Shown here piece by piece: positions 28,480 to 37,316 of a stretch of DNA of 64,000 bases. The notes under the pieces were generated by a model. The model made no database searches. It saw only the letters and a program-made list of their open reading frames with translations, and was not told the DNA's origin. The DNA is taken from the NCBI GenBank assembly GCA_964596375.1, contig CAZQTO010000001.1:916-64915 (forward strand), given 5' to 3'. The stretch's first letter is position 1. The number at the start of each line of letters is the position of its first letter. Source of the DNA: an uncultured Zetaproteobacteria bacterium (GTDB taxonomy: Bacteria > Pseudomonadota > Zetaproteobacteria > Mariprofundales > Mariprofundaceae). Position numbers and translations under genes: made by a program.

Positions 28480-29748
28480 ATGGTGCATGAAACCAAACGC
28501 GGACTATGGTCGTGGGCTTTATACGACTGGGCCAACTCTGCCTTTGCAACAACCGTTATGGCCGGCTTTTTTCCGGTTTTCTTCAAGCATTACTGGGCTT
28601 CCGGTATGGCGGCAAGCGAAAGTACTTTCTGGCTTGGCATGGGCAATGGTGTCTCCGGTCTGATTGTGGCCCTGATTGCGCCCCTGCTGGGTGCTGTGGC
28701 TGATCGAGGAGGATTGAAAAAGGGTCTGCTGGTTTTTTTCACCCTGCTGGGTGTGGTGATGACGGGCGGGCTGTATCTGGTCGGGGAGGGTATGTGGCAA
28801 TGGGCGGGCATGCTGTATCTGTTGGCTGGTATTGGCTTTTCCGCCGGTAATGTGTTTTATGATGCACTGTTGCCGGATGTGTCGGCCAAGCAGCATCTCG
28901 ACCGAAATTCAGCACTTGGTTATGCCTTGGGATACCTTGGCGGAGGTATATTGTTTACCGCCAATGTGGCGGCAACGCTACATCCTGACTGGTTCGGCTT
29001 GACCGGAGCTGAGCAGGCGATGCGTCTGTCCTTTGCCAGTGTTGCTGTTTGGTGGCTGTTGTTCACCGTTCCCCTGATGCTTTGGGTGAAAGAGGATAAA
29101 CCTGCCCAAGGTTCGACTATCGGGCCCGTGCTGCGCGACGGTATGCGCCAGTTTATGGACACCTTCAGGCATATCCGCAGTCTGCGCACGGTTTGGATGT
29201 TCCTGATTGCCTATTGGTTGTATATCGATGGTGTGGGCACGATCGCCCGCATGGCGCTGGATTACGGTATGGCGCTGGGTTTCGACACCAGCGTGTTGAT
29301 TTCGGCTCTGCTTATCACCCAGTTTGTCGCCTTTCCGGCCGCCGTGCTGTTCGGGCGTATCGGTGAGCGCTACGGAGCGCGTTCCGGCATTCTGATCGGC
29401 ATTGCGGTCTATGCCATCCTTTGCGTGTGGAGCATGTTTATGCGCGAGGCACATGATTTCTACTGGCTTGCCGCGGTTTCAGGTCTGGTTATGGGTGGTG
29501 TGCAATCGCTCAGCCGTTCCCTGTTTGCGAGCCTGATTCCGCATGGTCAGGCGGGTGAGTTTTTCGGTTTTTACAATATGATGGGCAAGTTCGCCGCCAT
29601 TCTCGGGCCGCTGCTGATGGGACTGGTCAGCCTGACGACTGGCAGTAACCGATTGAGCGTGCTGGCCGTGTTGCTGCTGTTTGTGGCTGGTGGTGCGATG
29701 TTACTGCGCGTGCGTATTTCGGAGCAGGAGGTAAGGGGAAATTCATGA
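28480..29748 (+). CDS. MFS transporter (UMF1/Atg22-like)
   Basis: 422 aa, about 12 TM helices. N-terminus [28 protein letters not shown] is typical of the UMF1 family. Confidence 0.8.
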   Translation: MVHETKRGLWSWALYDWANSAFATTVMAGFFPVFFKHYWASGMAASESTFWLGMGNGVSGLIVALIAPLLGAVADRGGLKKGLLVFFTLLGVVMTGGLYLVGEGMWQWAGMLYLLAGIGFSAGNVFYDALLPDVSAKQHLDRNSALGYALGYLGGGILFTANVAATLHPDWFGLTGAEQAMRLSFASVAVWWLLFTVPLMLWVKEDKPAQGSTIGPVLRDGMRQFMDTFRHIRSLRTVWMFLIAYWLYIDGVGTIARMALDYGMALGFDTSVLISALLITQFVAFPAAVLFGRIGERYGARSGILIGIAVYAILCVWSMFMREAHDFYWLAAVSGLVMGGVQSLSRSLFASLIPHGQAGEFFGFYNMMGKFAAILGPLLMGLVSLTTGSNRLSVLAVLLLFVAGGAMLLRVRISEQEVRGNS

Positions 29749-30119
29749 ATGAACAATTGAACAGGGTGGCCCGCAATCTTGGCGTGAGTGATATGCAACG
29801 CCACATCCTTTTGTGCTGCGATCAAACTAAGCCAAAGTGCTCAAGTCGGGAGAAAAGCCTTGAATCCTGGGAATATCTGAAGGCGCGTTTGAATGAGTTG
29901 GGCCTGAACGGCAAGGGCGGCATCTACCGCACCAAAGCCAACTGTTTGCAGGTTTGCATCAGTGGTCCGATTGCCGTCGTTTATCCCGAAGGGGTGTGGT
30001 ATCACTCATGCACGCCCGAAGTGCTGGAGAAAATTATTCAGCAACATTTTCTTGGTGGTAAGGTGGTTGCTGAATTCGCATTCATGACGCATCCGCTTTC
30101 CAGCGAAGCTAAGGGTTAA
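29745..30119 (+). CDS. thioredoxin-like [2Fe-2S] ferredoxin
   Basis: [13 protein letters not shown]...[22 protein letters not shown] Cys pattern. Its start overlaps the MFS stop (ATGA). Confidence 0.7.
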   Translation: MNEQLNRVARNLGVSDMQRHILLCCDQTKPKCSSREKSLESWEYLKARLNELGLNGKGGIYRTKANCLQVCISGPIAVVYPEGVWYHSCTPEVLEKIIQQHFLGGKVVAEFAFMTHPLSSEAKG

Positions 30120-30165
30120 TACGAAGCCTCAAACAATGACCTGGCGCTCAATCGCCTGGTAGTAC

Positions 30166-30516
30166 TTATTCCTTGGTTTTTTTGTCTGCCGTGGTGGTAT
30201 CCTCAAAACCGAAGCGCTGGATGGCTTTCACCCTCCCGGATTCATCGTAGAAGATTTCCACGCGGTGCTGGTATTTCTCGCCTGTATCGGGGTTGTCGTA
30301 GTCTTCCATGTAAATGGCGCGGTTGGGATGCAGGTCATCCTTAAGCACTGGGGTGCCGATCAGCGACTCGACCTGAAAACGGCTGTCGCCTACGTGAAGG
30401 TCAGCGATTTTTTCCGGTTTGAGCACATTGCCCTGCTGGGTGACGGATTTCATGCATGCTGTCAGCGGTAGCAGGAATGCAATGACGGTAATAATTCTCA
30501 GGAAAGAACGATTCAT
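30166..30516 (-). CDS. bamE: outer-membrane protein assembly factor BamE (SmpA/OmlA)
   Basis: Lipobox LTAC, then QQGNVLKPEKIADLHVGDSRFQVESLIGTPVLKD. 116 aa. Confidence 0.8.
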   Translation of the reverse strand: MNRSFLRIITVIAFLLPLTACMKSVTQQGNVLKPEKIADLHVGDSRFQVESLIGTPVLKDDLHPNRAIYMEDYDNPDTGEKYQHRVEIFYDESGRVKAIQRFGFEDTTTADKKTKE

Positions 30517-31460
30517 GCGATGGCCTCGACGGGTTCATGATGGTTTTTCTCCAGCAGGCTGATGTATTCGGCCATACCTTCCTCCAGCGACCATTGCGAC
30601 TCCCAGCCAAGCAGGTCACGGGTGGCTCCCATCTCCGCTTCGGTATGGTTCTGGTAGAAATCATAGGGGTTGTCGATGAAGTCGACTTCTAACTTCTGGT
30701 TCAACAGCGTTTCCAGATTCTGCACGATATCATTGAAGCAACGGGCCTTGCCGGAACCGACATTGCACACGCCTGAACGCGGAGCTTCGAGTGCGGCAAG
30801 GTTGGCAGCAATAACATCGCGAATATAGACGAAATCGCGCTGCTGCTCGCCATGCTTGAACAGGCGTGGTTGCTTGCCGGCTTTGATCTGATTGTACAAC
30901 TGCAGAATCATCGAGGCTGTCCTGCCCTTGTGTGCTTCGCCAGGACCGTAAACATTGAAATAGCGCAGGCCGATAACGACGGACGGGTGACGGTCGTACC
31001 AGCGCCGGGCAATGCGATCCATGGAGAGCTTGGAAAAGCCATAGATATTGGCTGCGTCTTCCTGTCCATCAACCGTGTTGGGTGCCGGAGCGTTGCCGTA
31101 GGTGGCTGCAGAAGATGCGTAAATCAAACGAGTGCCCGAGAAACAGCTTGCCTCCAGCATGGCGGCAAAAGCATTGGTATTGATCTCCAGCATGCGCCGC
31201 TGGTCGAGTACCGTAGTGTCGGAAATGGCACCCTGATGCAGGATGGCTGAAAAAGCCCCATCGGCTATCTCATCGAGCAGCGAGCCATCGCTGATGCATC
31301 CGGCACGCACCTCACAATCCACATGCAAAAGGTTTTTCCAGTCGCCAAAGCTGAAATCATCCAGCACGACGACATCAACCCCCGGTCGTTTGACCAGAGC
31401 AGCAGCCAGATTGGCGCCGATAAAGCCGGCACCGCCGGTAATCAGTATGCGTTCGCTCAT
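30513..31460 (-). CDS. hldD: NAD-dependent epimerase, probable ADP-glyceromanno-heptose 6-epimerase
   Basis: Start MSERILITGGAGFIGANL (31460). YASSAATYG and Y..SK catalytic pattern, about 315 aa. Its stop overlaps the bamE start. Confidence 0.7.
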   Translation of the reverse strand: MSERILITGGAGFIGANLAAALVKRPGVDVVVLDDFSFGDWKNLLHVDCEVRAGCISDGSLLDEIADGAFSAILHQGAISDTTVLDQRRMLEINTNAFAAMLEASCFSGTRLIYASSAATYGNAPAPNTVDGQEDAANIYGFSKLSMDRIARRWYDRHPSVVIGLRYFNVYGPGEAHKGRTASMILQLYNQIKAGKQPRLFKHGEQQRDFVYIRDVIAANLAALEAPRSGVCNVGSGKARCFNDIVQNLETLLNQKLEVDFIDNPYDFYQNHTEAEMGATRDLLGWESQWSLEEGMAEYISLLEKNHHEPVEAIA

Positions 31461-31876
31461 TGCTCTTCCTGTTCTTTGTCGTTGTGCCACCCTGCCTGTA
31501 GCCCCGCCAGAGCACGGCTGGTAGCGGCATTGCAAATGGTATAGCCCATATGGGCGTTGATGCGTTCGCTCAATTCATCGGCAGGAAGATTCAGCGCATC
31601 CTGCTCTCCAAGTCCCGCTTCAACCATCAGGCGAGCCATCCAGCTGCCAAGGCCCGGCAGGCGGGATATGCGCACGATGGCAATCAGTTCGCGGCACCTT
31701 TCCACTGAAAATTGATTCCCGCTGGCATGCGCCAATTCATCCGCATTGGCCTCAACAAGGCTATCGAGCGAGCGGCACAGCAGCTTTAGAATCATCCATT
31801 CACTCTCAGAGGCGAATGGCTTGTCTTCGTGCAGCGGGAAGGTGCCCGGGAGGGATTTTAGTTGAGCTGTCATCAA
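31457..31876 (-). CDS. hypothetical protein with helix-hairpin-helix-like (DUF4332-like) segment
   Basis: 139 aa. ISRLPGLGSWMARLMVEAGLGEQDAL resembles the DUF4332/HhH motif. ATGA overlap with the hldD start. Confidence 0.4.
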   Translation of the reverse strand: MMTAQLKSLPGTFPLHEDKPFASESEWMILKLLCRSLDSLVEANADELAHASGNQFSVERCRELIAIVRISRLPGLGSWMARLMVEAGLGEQDALNLPADELSERINAHMGYTICNAATSRALAGLQAGWHNDKEQEEQ

Positions 31877-31882
31877 TAGTCC

Positions 31883-32197
31883 TTAATCAACGTAGGCTGT
31901 CGGTCCGGTGATGTAAGCGCCTTTCAGGCCCCACTTCAGTATCTTGGCCAGCATGCGGTTGGAGCCGGCAAGATTGGCGTTGCGCAGCCTTGCGCCACGC
32001 ATATCGGCATCGTACAGATTGGCATTGGAGAGGTCTGCGCCGCGTAAGTCGGCTTTGCGCAAATCACTACCGGAAAGGTTGGCGCCCTTCAGCTGTGCCT
32101 TGCTCAGATCCTGGCCGGAAAGATCGATGCCGGACAGATTTTGCCCTGCCAGACTGCGTCCTTCCCTGACAGCTAAAATAACTTCCTTCGCATCCAT
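31883..32197 (-). CDS. pentapeptide-repeat protein
   Basis: Start ATG 32197 (AAGGAGG 5 nt upstream). Contains LSGIDLSGQDLSKAQLKGANLSGSDLRKADLRGADLSNANLYDADMRGARLRNANLAGSN. Confidence 0.8.
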   Translation of the reverse strand: MDAKEVILAVREGRSLAGQNLSGIDLSGQDLSKAQLKGANLSGSDLRKADLRGADLSNANLYDADMRGARLRNANLAGSNRMLAKILKWGLKGAYITGPTAYVD

Positions 32198-32449
32198 ACC
32201 ACCCTCCTTGTTGTGCACCAGCCACTGCATAAGTGCCGCCGTGCCCCGTATACGTTTCGATGTCACGGATGGTACGATGCCAAGGTAATATCGCAAGTGC
32301 TTTGCCTCTTATAGCGTTCATCAGGCGTGCTAACGCTTCTATGAGTTATAAAGGTTGCCCGATCACCAACCCCTTGGAGAATTTCCCGCTCGCCACCGAT
32401 ATGCGGAAGCCTTAGCCTGTCGATTATCAGTCAAAATCATGGAGTAAAC

Positions 32450-33088
32450 GTGAAGGTTGATATTCTCACACCGGTGCACCCTGAATGGGAGGCCACCACA
32501 GACATCATTGCTATGGTCTATCGCAAGGCTTATGGGGCACGTCTGAGCTCGTTTATGCCCTACTTGCTGAAGGTAGCCGGGCCACAGGGGGCCTTCAGAG
32601 CCATTGTCGGCATCCGCAACGCTGCCGAAGGCCCATTGTTTCTTGAAACCTATCTCGATGAACCTATAGAGCAGGCCATTGCAGCCAGGACAGGCGAGAC
32701 CGTGGACCGCAACTGCATTGTTGAAATCGGCAATCTGGCCGAATCCAGACCCGGTGATGCCAGATTGGGCATTATCGCCAGCACCATGTACCTGCACACG
32801 CTGGGTTATCGTTGGGTCGTATTCACTGCCGTGCCGCAGTTACTCAATGCCTTCAAACGTCTGGGTATGGAGCCGGCGCCCATGGTTGCCGCAAACCCGG
32901 AACGCCTGCCGGAAGACCAGCGCGCGCTCTGGGGAAGCTATTATGACGAGCGGCCGATGGTTTGCCTGGGTGATATCGCCGCCGGCTTCGACAGCCTGAG
33001 GGATTTCGACAACACCTGGTTGGGGGCCAAAGCCTTGGCGGACAGGGAGTTGGAGGCCAATTTGGGGTCGGTTCAAAGCAGCATCTGA
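32450..33088 (+). CDS. thermostable-hemolysin family (GNAT-like acyltransferase fold) protein
   Basis: 212 aa. Blocks YRKAYGARL..FMP.LL, GPLFLETYLDEPIEQ, IVEIGNLA, WVVFTAV.QLLNAFKRLG and WGSYYDERP match my recollection of the T_hemolysin family. Not verified by search. Confidence 0.55.
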   Translation: MKVDILTPVHPEWEATTDIIAMVYRKAYGARLSSFMPYLLKVAGPQGAFRAIVGIRNAAEGPLFLETYLDEPIEQAIAARTGETVDRNCIVEIGNLAESRPGDARLGIIASTMYLHTLGYRWVVFTAVPQLLNAFKRLGMEPAPMVAANPERLPEDQRALWGSYYDERPMVCLGDIAAGFDSLRDFDNTWLGAKALADRELEANLGSVQSSI

Positions 33089-33199
33089 CTCACGTTTTTC
33101 TGGGAACGATGAAGCAGTAAGAAATTGGATGTGTGTTCGACTACGTCATCATTAAGCTCTGCATTCACGGACTGAGCTGTTTTCGGGAGAGAAGAAGAC

Positions 33200-34165
33200 A
33201 TGCATGCAACATTGCCTTTACTGGAAGCAACCGATTTTCCACCGCTGCATCGCGGTGAGCTGGAGACGTTGCAGGTCAATCTCGGCTATCTGTGCAACCA
33301 GAGTTGTCTGCATTGCCATGTGAATGCCGGACCGCGCCGTAAAGAGATCATGGATGAGCAGACAGTTGCGATCATCCTCGATTATCTGGCGTCCGCAAAT
33401 GTTAAGACCCTTGACCTGACCGGTGGGGCACCGGAGATGAATCCGCATTTTCGCCATTTGGTGAGCGAGGCGAGACAGCTTGGCGTGCGTGTAATTGACC
33501 GCTGCAACCTGACCATCCTCGAGGAGGAGGGGTACAATGATATGGCAGCCTTCCTTGCCGCACAGCGTGTTGAGGTCGTGGCATCTTTACCCTGTTACCA
33601 GAGCGATAATGTCGATGCACAGCGCGGCAAAGGAACGTTCGACACCAGTATCCGGGCGCTCAAACGGTTGAATGATTTGGGCTATGGAGTTGAGAATTCG
33701 GGACTCAAGCTGACGCTGGTTTACAATCCGCAGGGGGCCAGGCTTCCACCGTCTCAGGCGGAGTTGGAAGCAGCCTATAAACGAGAACTTCATCTGCGTT
33801 TCGGTATCGTTTTCAATCATTTGTTTACCATTACCAATATGCCCATCCAGCGCTTTGGAAGTACGCTTATTTCTCATGGAGAATTCGGCAGTTACATGCA
33901 ATTGCTTAAAGAAGCTTATAGTGAGGAAAACCTGTCGGGTGTGATGTGTCGGAGCCTGATAAGCATTGACTGGCAGGGCTATGTGTATGACTGCGATTTT
34001 AATCAAATGTTGAATCTTCCGATGCGTGAACAGGGTGGCAATCGAACCCATCTGCGTGAGTTGATGCATCAGGATATTACGGGCCGACCAATTGTCGTCA
34101 TGGACCACTGCTACGGCTGCACTGCCGGTCAGGGTTCCAGTTGTGGTGGAGCTTTGGATGAATAG
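33200..34165 (+). CDS. arsS: radical SAM/Cys-rich protein of the ArsS (arsenosugar biosynthesis) family
   Basis: CNQSCLHC (Cx3Cx2C, nt 33293-33316), TLDLTGGAPEMNP, and the C-terminal Cys-rich tail CYGCTAGQGSSCGG. Sits immediately upstream of arsM. Confidence 0.75.
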   Translation: MHATLPLLEATDFPPLHRGELETLQVNLGYLCNQSCLHCHVNAGPRRKEIMDEQTVAIILDYLASANVKTLDLTGGAPEMNPHFRHLVSEARQLGVRVIDRCNLTILEEEGYNDMAAFLAAQRVEVVASLPCYQSDNVDAQRGKGTFDTSIRALKRLNDLGYGVENSGLKLTLVYNPQGARLPPSQAELEAAYKRELHLRFGIVFNHLFTITNMPIQRFGSTLISHGEFGSYMQLLKEAYSEENLSGVMCRSLISIDWQGYVYDCDFNQMLNLPMREQGGNRTHLRELMHQDITGRPIVVMDHCYGCTAGQGSSCGGALDE

Positions 34166-34207
34166 GTTTTTCGATAAGCATGATTTGAATGTTGAAGGGG
34201 AAACAAT

Positions 34208-35029
34208 ATGAGTGTTGAAGCCGATGCAGTACGAAGCCATGTGCGTAAAAGTTATGAGCAGGTAGCCGAGGCCAGCAATCAGGGGAGTTGTTGTGGTGAG
34301 GCATCAAGCTGCTGCGGGGTTTCCGACGATGCAGCTATCAATACCCTTATTTCAACGCGTCTCGGCTATAGCGAAGGCGATTTGGCCAAGGTTCCTGAAG
34401 GCGCCGATATGGGCCTGGGTTGCGGTAATCCGCGCGCCATTGCATCGCTATGCGAGGGTGAGGTGGTTGTCGATCTTGGCAGTGGCGGTGGTTTCGATGC
34501 TTTTCTCGCAGCACATGAGGTCGGTTTATCCGGCCATGTGATTGGCGTGGATATGACGCCGACCATGCTGTCCAAGGCGCGGGCCAATGCCGAAAAGGGG
34601 AAGTTTGCCAACGTCGAATTCCGTCTTGGCGAAATCGAGCATTTGCCGCTAGCGGATAACACGGCCGATATCATCATCTCCAATTGCGTGATCAATCTGT
34701 CGCCGCACAAGGAGCAGGTATTCCGTGATGCGTTTCGTGTGCTTAAGCCGGGTGGACGCCTGGCTATTTCCGATGTTGTGGCTACCGCAGAGATGCCTGA
34801 GGAGATGAAGAACGATCCGATGCTGCACGCAGGCTGTATGGCGGGAGCCTCATTGATCGGCGATATCGAAGCAATGATGCAGACAGCCGGTTTCGAGAAG
34901 ATTCGCATTGTACCCAAGGATGATTCACGCGAGTTCATCCGCGATTGGGCTCCGGGGCGTGGTGTGGAGGATTATGTGGTCTCCGCCTGCATCGAGGCCG
35001 TCAAACCGTCCAAATCCTGTTGTTGCTAG
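34208..35029 (+). CDS. arsM: arsenite S-adenosylmethionine methyltransferase
   Basis: SAM motif VVDLGSGGGFD. Conserved Cys contexts GLGCGNP, ISNCVINL and HAGCMAGA. Cys-rich N-terminus (SCCGEASSCCG) and C-terminus (KSCCC). Confidence 0.85.
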   Translation: MSVEADAVRSHVRKSYEQVAEASNQGSCCGEASSCCGVSDDAAINTLISTRLGYSEGDLAKVPEGADMGLGCGNPRAIASLCEGEVVVDLGSGGGFDAFLAAHEVGLSGHVIGVDMTPTMLSKARANAEKGKFANVEFRLGEIEHLPLADNTADIIISNCVINLSPHKEQVFRDAFRVLKPGGRLAISDVVATAEMPEEMKNDPMLHAGCMAGASLIGDIEAMMQTAGFEKIRIVPKDDSREFIRDWAPGRGVEDYVVSACIEAVKPSKSCCC

Positions 35030-35041
35030 GTTTCTTGTCTT

Positions 35042-35317
35042 CTAGGTATCGAAGGATGAGCCGGAGGTAATCTTTTGCAGTGAACGCCGAATTGCATCGC
35101 GGTCAGTATCGGAAAGCGAAGGCATATCTGACATCTCCCTATCCTGAAGGCGCCTGAGAACATCGCGCAGCAGCTCCATTTCATGCTTGCATAGACGACA
35201 GGGACTGCACATGGCCAGATGCAAGCGCAGGCGCAGACCCTCGAAGAAAGATAAAGGTCGTTCCAGCGCATCGGATGCCAGTCGTGTAGCCAGCTTGCAT
35301 GCATGATCGTTATTCAT
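35042..35317 (-). CDS. zf-HC2 anti-sigma factor
   Basis: Start MNNDHACK (35317) overlaps the sigma-factor stop. H-x3-C-x2-C motif HLAMCSPC. 91 aa. Confidence 0.7.
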   Translation of the reverse strand: MNNDHACKLATRLASDALERPLSFFEGLRLRLHLAMCSPCRLCKHEMELLRDVLRRLQDREMSDMPSLSDTDRDAIRRSLQKITSGSSFDT

Positions 35318-35897
35318 CTTTATTCCCATTACCAAACCAGTTTTTCTCCAGGCAGTTGCGCAGGGCAAGCCGTGCGCGGTGCATGATGACATGCAGATTG
35401 GTCGGGCTTATGTCGCAACTGTTACAAACGCTTTGCGTATCCTCGCCATTCATTTCGCGCAGGGTGAATACATGCTTTTGAATATCCGGAAGAGCGCCAA
35501 CACAGCCTTGCAAGACCTTGGAGAACTGCCGGTTGCTGGATAAAGCTTCCGGATCGTCGTGCCATCCCTGTGGCGGTTGATTCCAATGGCCGGTGTGATC
35601 GAAGAATGTGCTGGTCGGATCGGTTTCCAGGGACTCGGACAGTTGTCGCGTACGGATTTCCTTGCGCACATGATCGATAATTTTGTGCTTCATAATGCCG
35701 ACCAGCCAGGTGCGTAGCGAGGAATCGCCATGAAAGCTGGCTTTCCAGGCTGCAATCAAGGTCTCCTGCACCATATCGCGAGCGAGTTCCTCGCTGGACA
35801 GCCGGAACAGCGCGTAGCGATACAGGTAGTCGCCATGCTCTTTGAGCCAAAGATCGACATCCTGATCGGAGTTGCCCGTTTTTTGCCTGTCTGTCAT
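35310..35897 (-). CDS. ECF (sigma-70 family) RNA polymerase sigma factor
   Basis: Region 2 YLYRYALFRL..EELARDMVQETLIAAW and region 4 VFTLREMNGEDTQSVCNSCDISPTNLHVIMHRARLALR. Start taken at MTDRQK. Confidence 0.85.
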   Translation of the reverse strand: MTDRQKTGNSDQDVDLWLKEHGDYLYRYALFRLSSEELARDMVQETLIAAWKASFHGDSSLRTWLVGIMKHKIIDHVRKEIRTRQLSESLETDPTSTFFDHTGHWNQPPQGWHDDPEALSSNRQFSKVLQGCVGALPDIQKHVFTLREMNGEDTQSVCNSCDISPTNLHVIMHRARLALRNCLEKNWFGNGNKDE

Positions 35898-36014
35898 ACA
35901 GCCATGCTGCCACTGGATGTTCTGCTGACAACGTGTTTTAGCGCTTGGCTGTACTGAATCAGGCTTGCTAAAGCGCCTGTTTTGAACTACTTCTAAACAA
36001 AGGAGTACGAATTC

Positions 36015-37316
36015 ATGCAAAAAGAAGTTGTGGTGATTTCAGGCTGGCGCACCCCCCTGGGTAAGGCAGGCGGTGCATTGGCGGGAATGAGTGCTGTGGA
36101 TCTGGGGGTGTCGGCGTTGCGTGAAACGCTGGCACAGTCTCCGGTGGACGCCGAACAACTCGATACGGTAATCATCGGTAATGTGATTCAGCCGGTGGAG
36201 GCAACCAACATCGCTCGCGTCATTGCGCTTTTGGCCGGGGTGCCGCAACACGTACCCGCTCATACCGTACACCGCAACTGCGCATCAGGCATGCAGGCAA
36301 TCACCGATGCGGCCGAGAAAATACTTTCCGGGCGAGCCGAGGTGGTACTGGCCGGTGGCGTGGAGTCGATGACGCATGCACCGCTGCTCTTCCATGACGG
36401 TTTTCGTGAGGCATTGGCCGGCCTGCAAAAGGCGCGGGATTTGCCGGGGAAGGGAAGGGCGCTGTTTGATTTGATAAAAGCGCCCTGGAAGCCGCGTATC
36501 AGTTTGATGGAAGGACTTACCGATCCAACGGTGAAACTGAATATGGGGCAGACGGCGGAGATCTTGGCGCGTGAATTTGGTGTGTCGCGCGAGGAACAGG
36601 ATGCCTTTTCACTGCAAAGCCATCAGCGGGCCGATGCTGCATGGAATAACGGACTATTCGATAACGAGGTCATGCATCTGTTTCCCCCGCCGGGTTTTGC
36701 TGCCGTGCAGCGCGATGAGGGTATTCGTGCAAGTCAGAGCATGGCTGCACTGGCTGGTCTGAAGCCTGTTTTCGAACGACCTCTGGGAACGGTTACGGCT
36801 GGCAACAGCTCCCAGATCACCGATGGCGCGGCGATGCTGATTCTCACCCATCGTGAGAAGGCCGAGGCTGAAGGCTGGCCGATGATGGGCTATATCCATG
36901 ATTGGGCTTACTCCGGCTGCGATCCGAAACGCATGGGTTTGGGTCCGGTGTTCTGTTCGCACAAGCTGTTGCGGGCCAAAGGCCTTGAGATGCGCCACAT
37001 CGATCGGGTGGAAATCAATGAGGCCTTTGCGGTTCAGGTTTTGAGTTGTTTGAAGGCGATGGACTCAAAGGAATTTGCAGCCAGTTATTTTGGCGAGAAA
37101 AAGGTTGTGGGTGTGCCCGACATGGACAGGCTGAATATGCTGGGCGGGGCCATTGCTCTTGGACATCCGGTGGGCATGAGCGGTGCGCGCCTGATCCTTA
37201 CCCTGTTGAATCAGCTCAAACGCGATACCGGCGGCGGCCTTGGCCTTGCCACGCTATGTGTAGGCGGAGGGCAGGGCGGCGCTACCCTGCTCGGGAGCGG
37301 GTCATGGAAACAGTAA
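36015..37316 (+). CDS. fadI: acetyl-CoA C-acyltransferase (3-ketoacyl-CoA thiolase), FadI-like
   Basis: Active-site contexts HRNCASGMQA, NEAFA and GGAIALGHP..MSGARL. FadI-type insertions and a thiolase-first gene order. Confidence 0.85.
   Translation: MQKEVVVISGWRTPLGKAGGALAGMSAVDLGVSALRETLAQSPVDAEQLDTVIIGNVIQPVEATNIARVIALLAGVPQHVPAHTVHRNCASGMQAITDAAEKILSGRAEVVLAGGVESMTHAPLLFHDGFREALAGLQKARDLPGKGRALFDLIKAPWKPRISLMEGLTDPTVKLNMGQTAEILAREFGVSREEQDAFSLQSHQRADAAWNNGLFDNEVMHLFPPPGFAAVQRDEGIRASQSMAALAGLKPVFERPLGTVTAGNSSQITDGAAMLILTHREKAEAEGWPMMGYIHDWAYSGCDPKRMGLGPVFCSHKLLRAKGLEMRHIDRVEINEAFAVQVLSCLKAMDSKEFAASYFGEKKVVGVPDMDRLNMLGGAIALGHPVGMSGARLILTLLNQLKRDTGGGLGLATLCVGGGQGGATLLGSGSWKQ

Noticed and set aside
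37046-37303. N-terminal extension of the fadJ-like ORF (784-aa version)
   Set aside because: The extension overlaps the thiolase 3' end in another frame and translates to an Arg/Cys-rich sequence. The conserved crotonase domain starts right after METVKLF at 37304.
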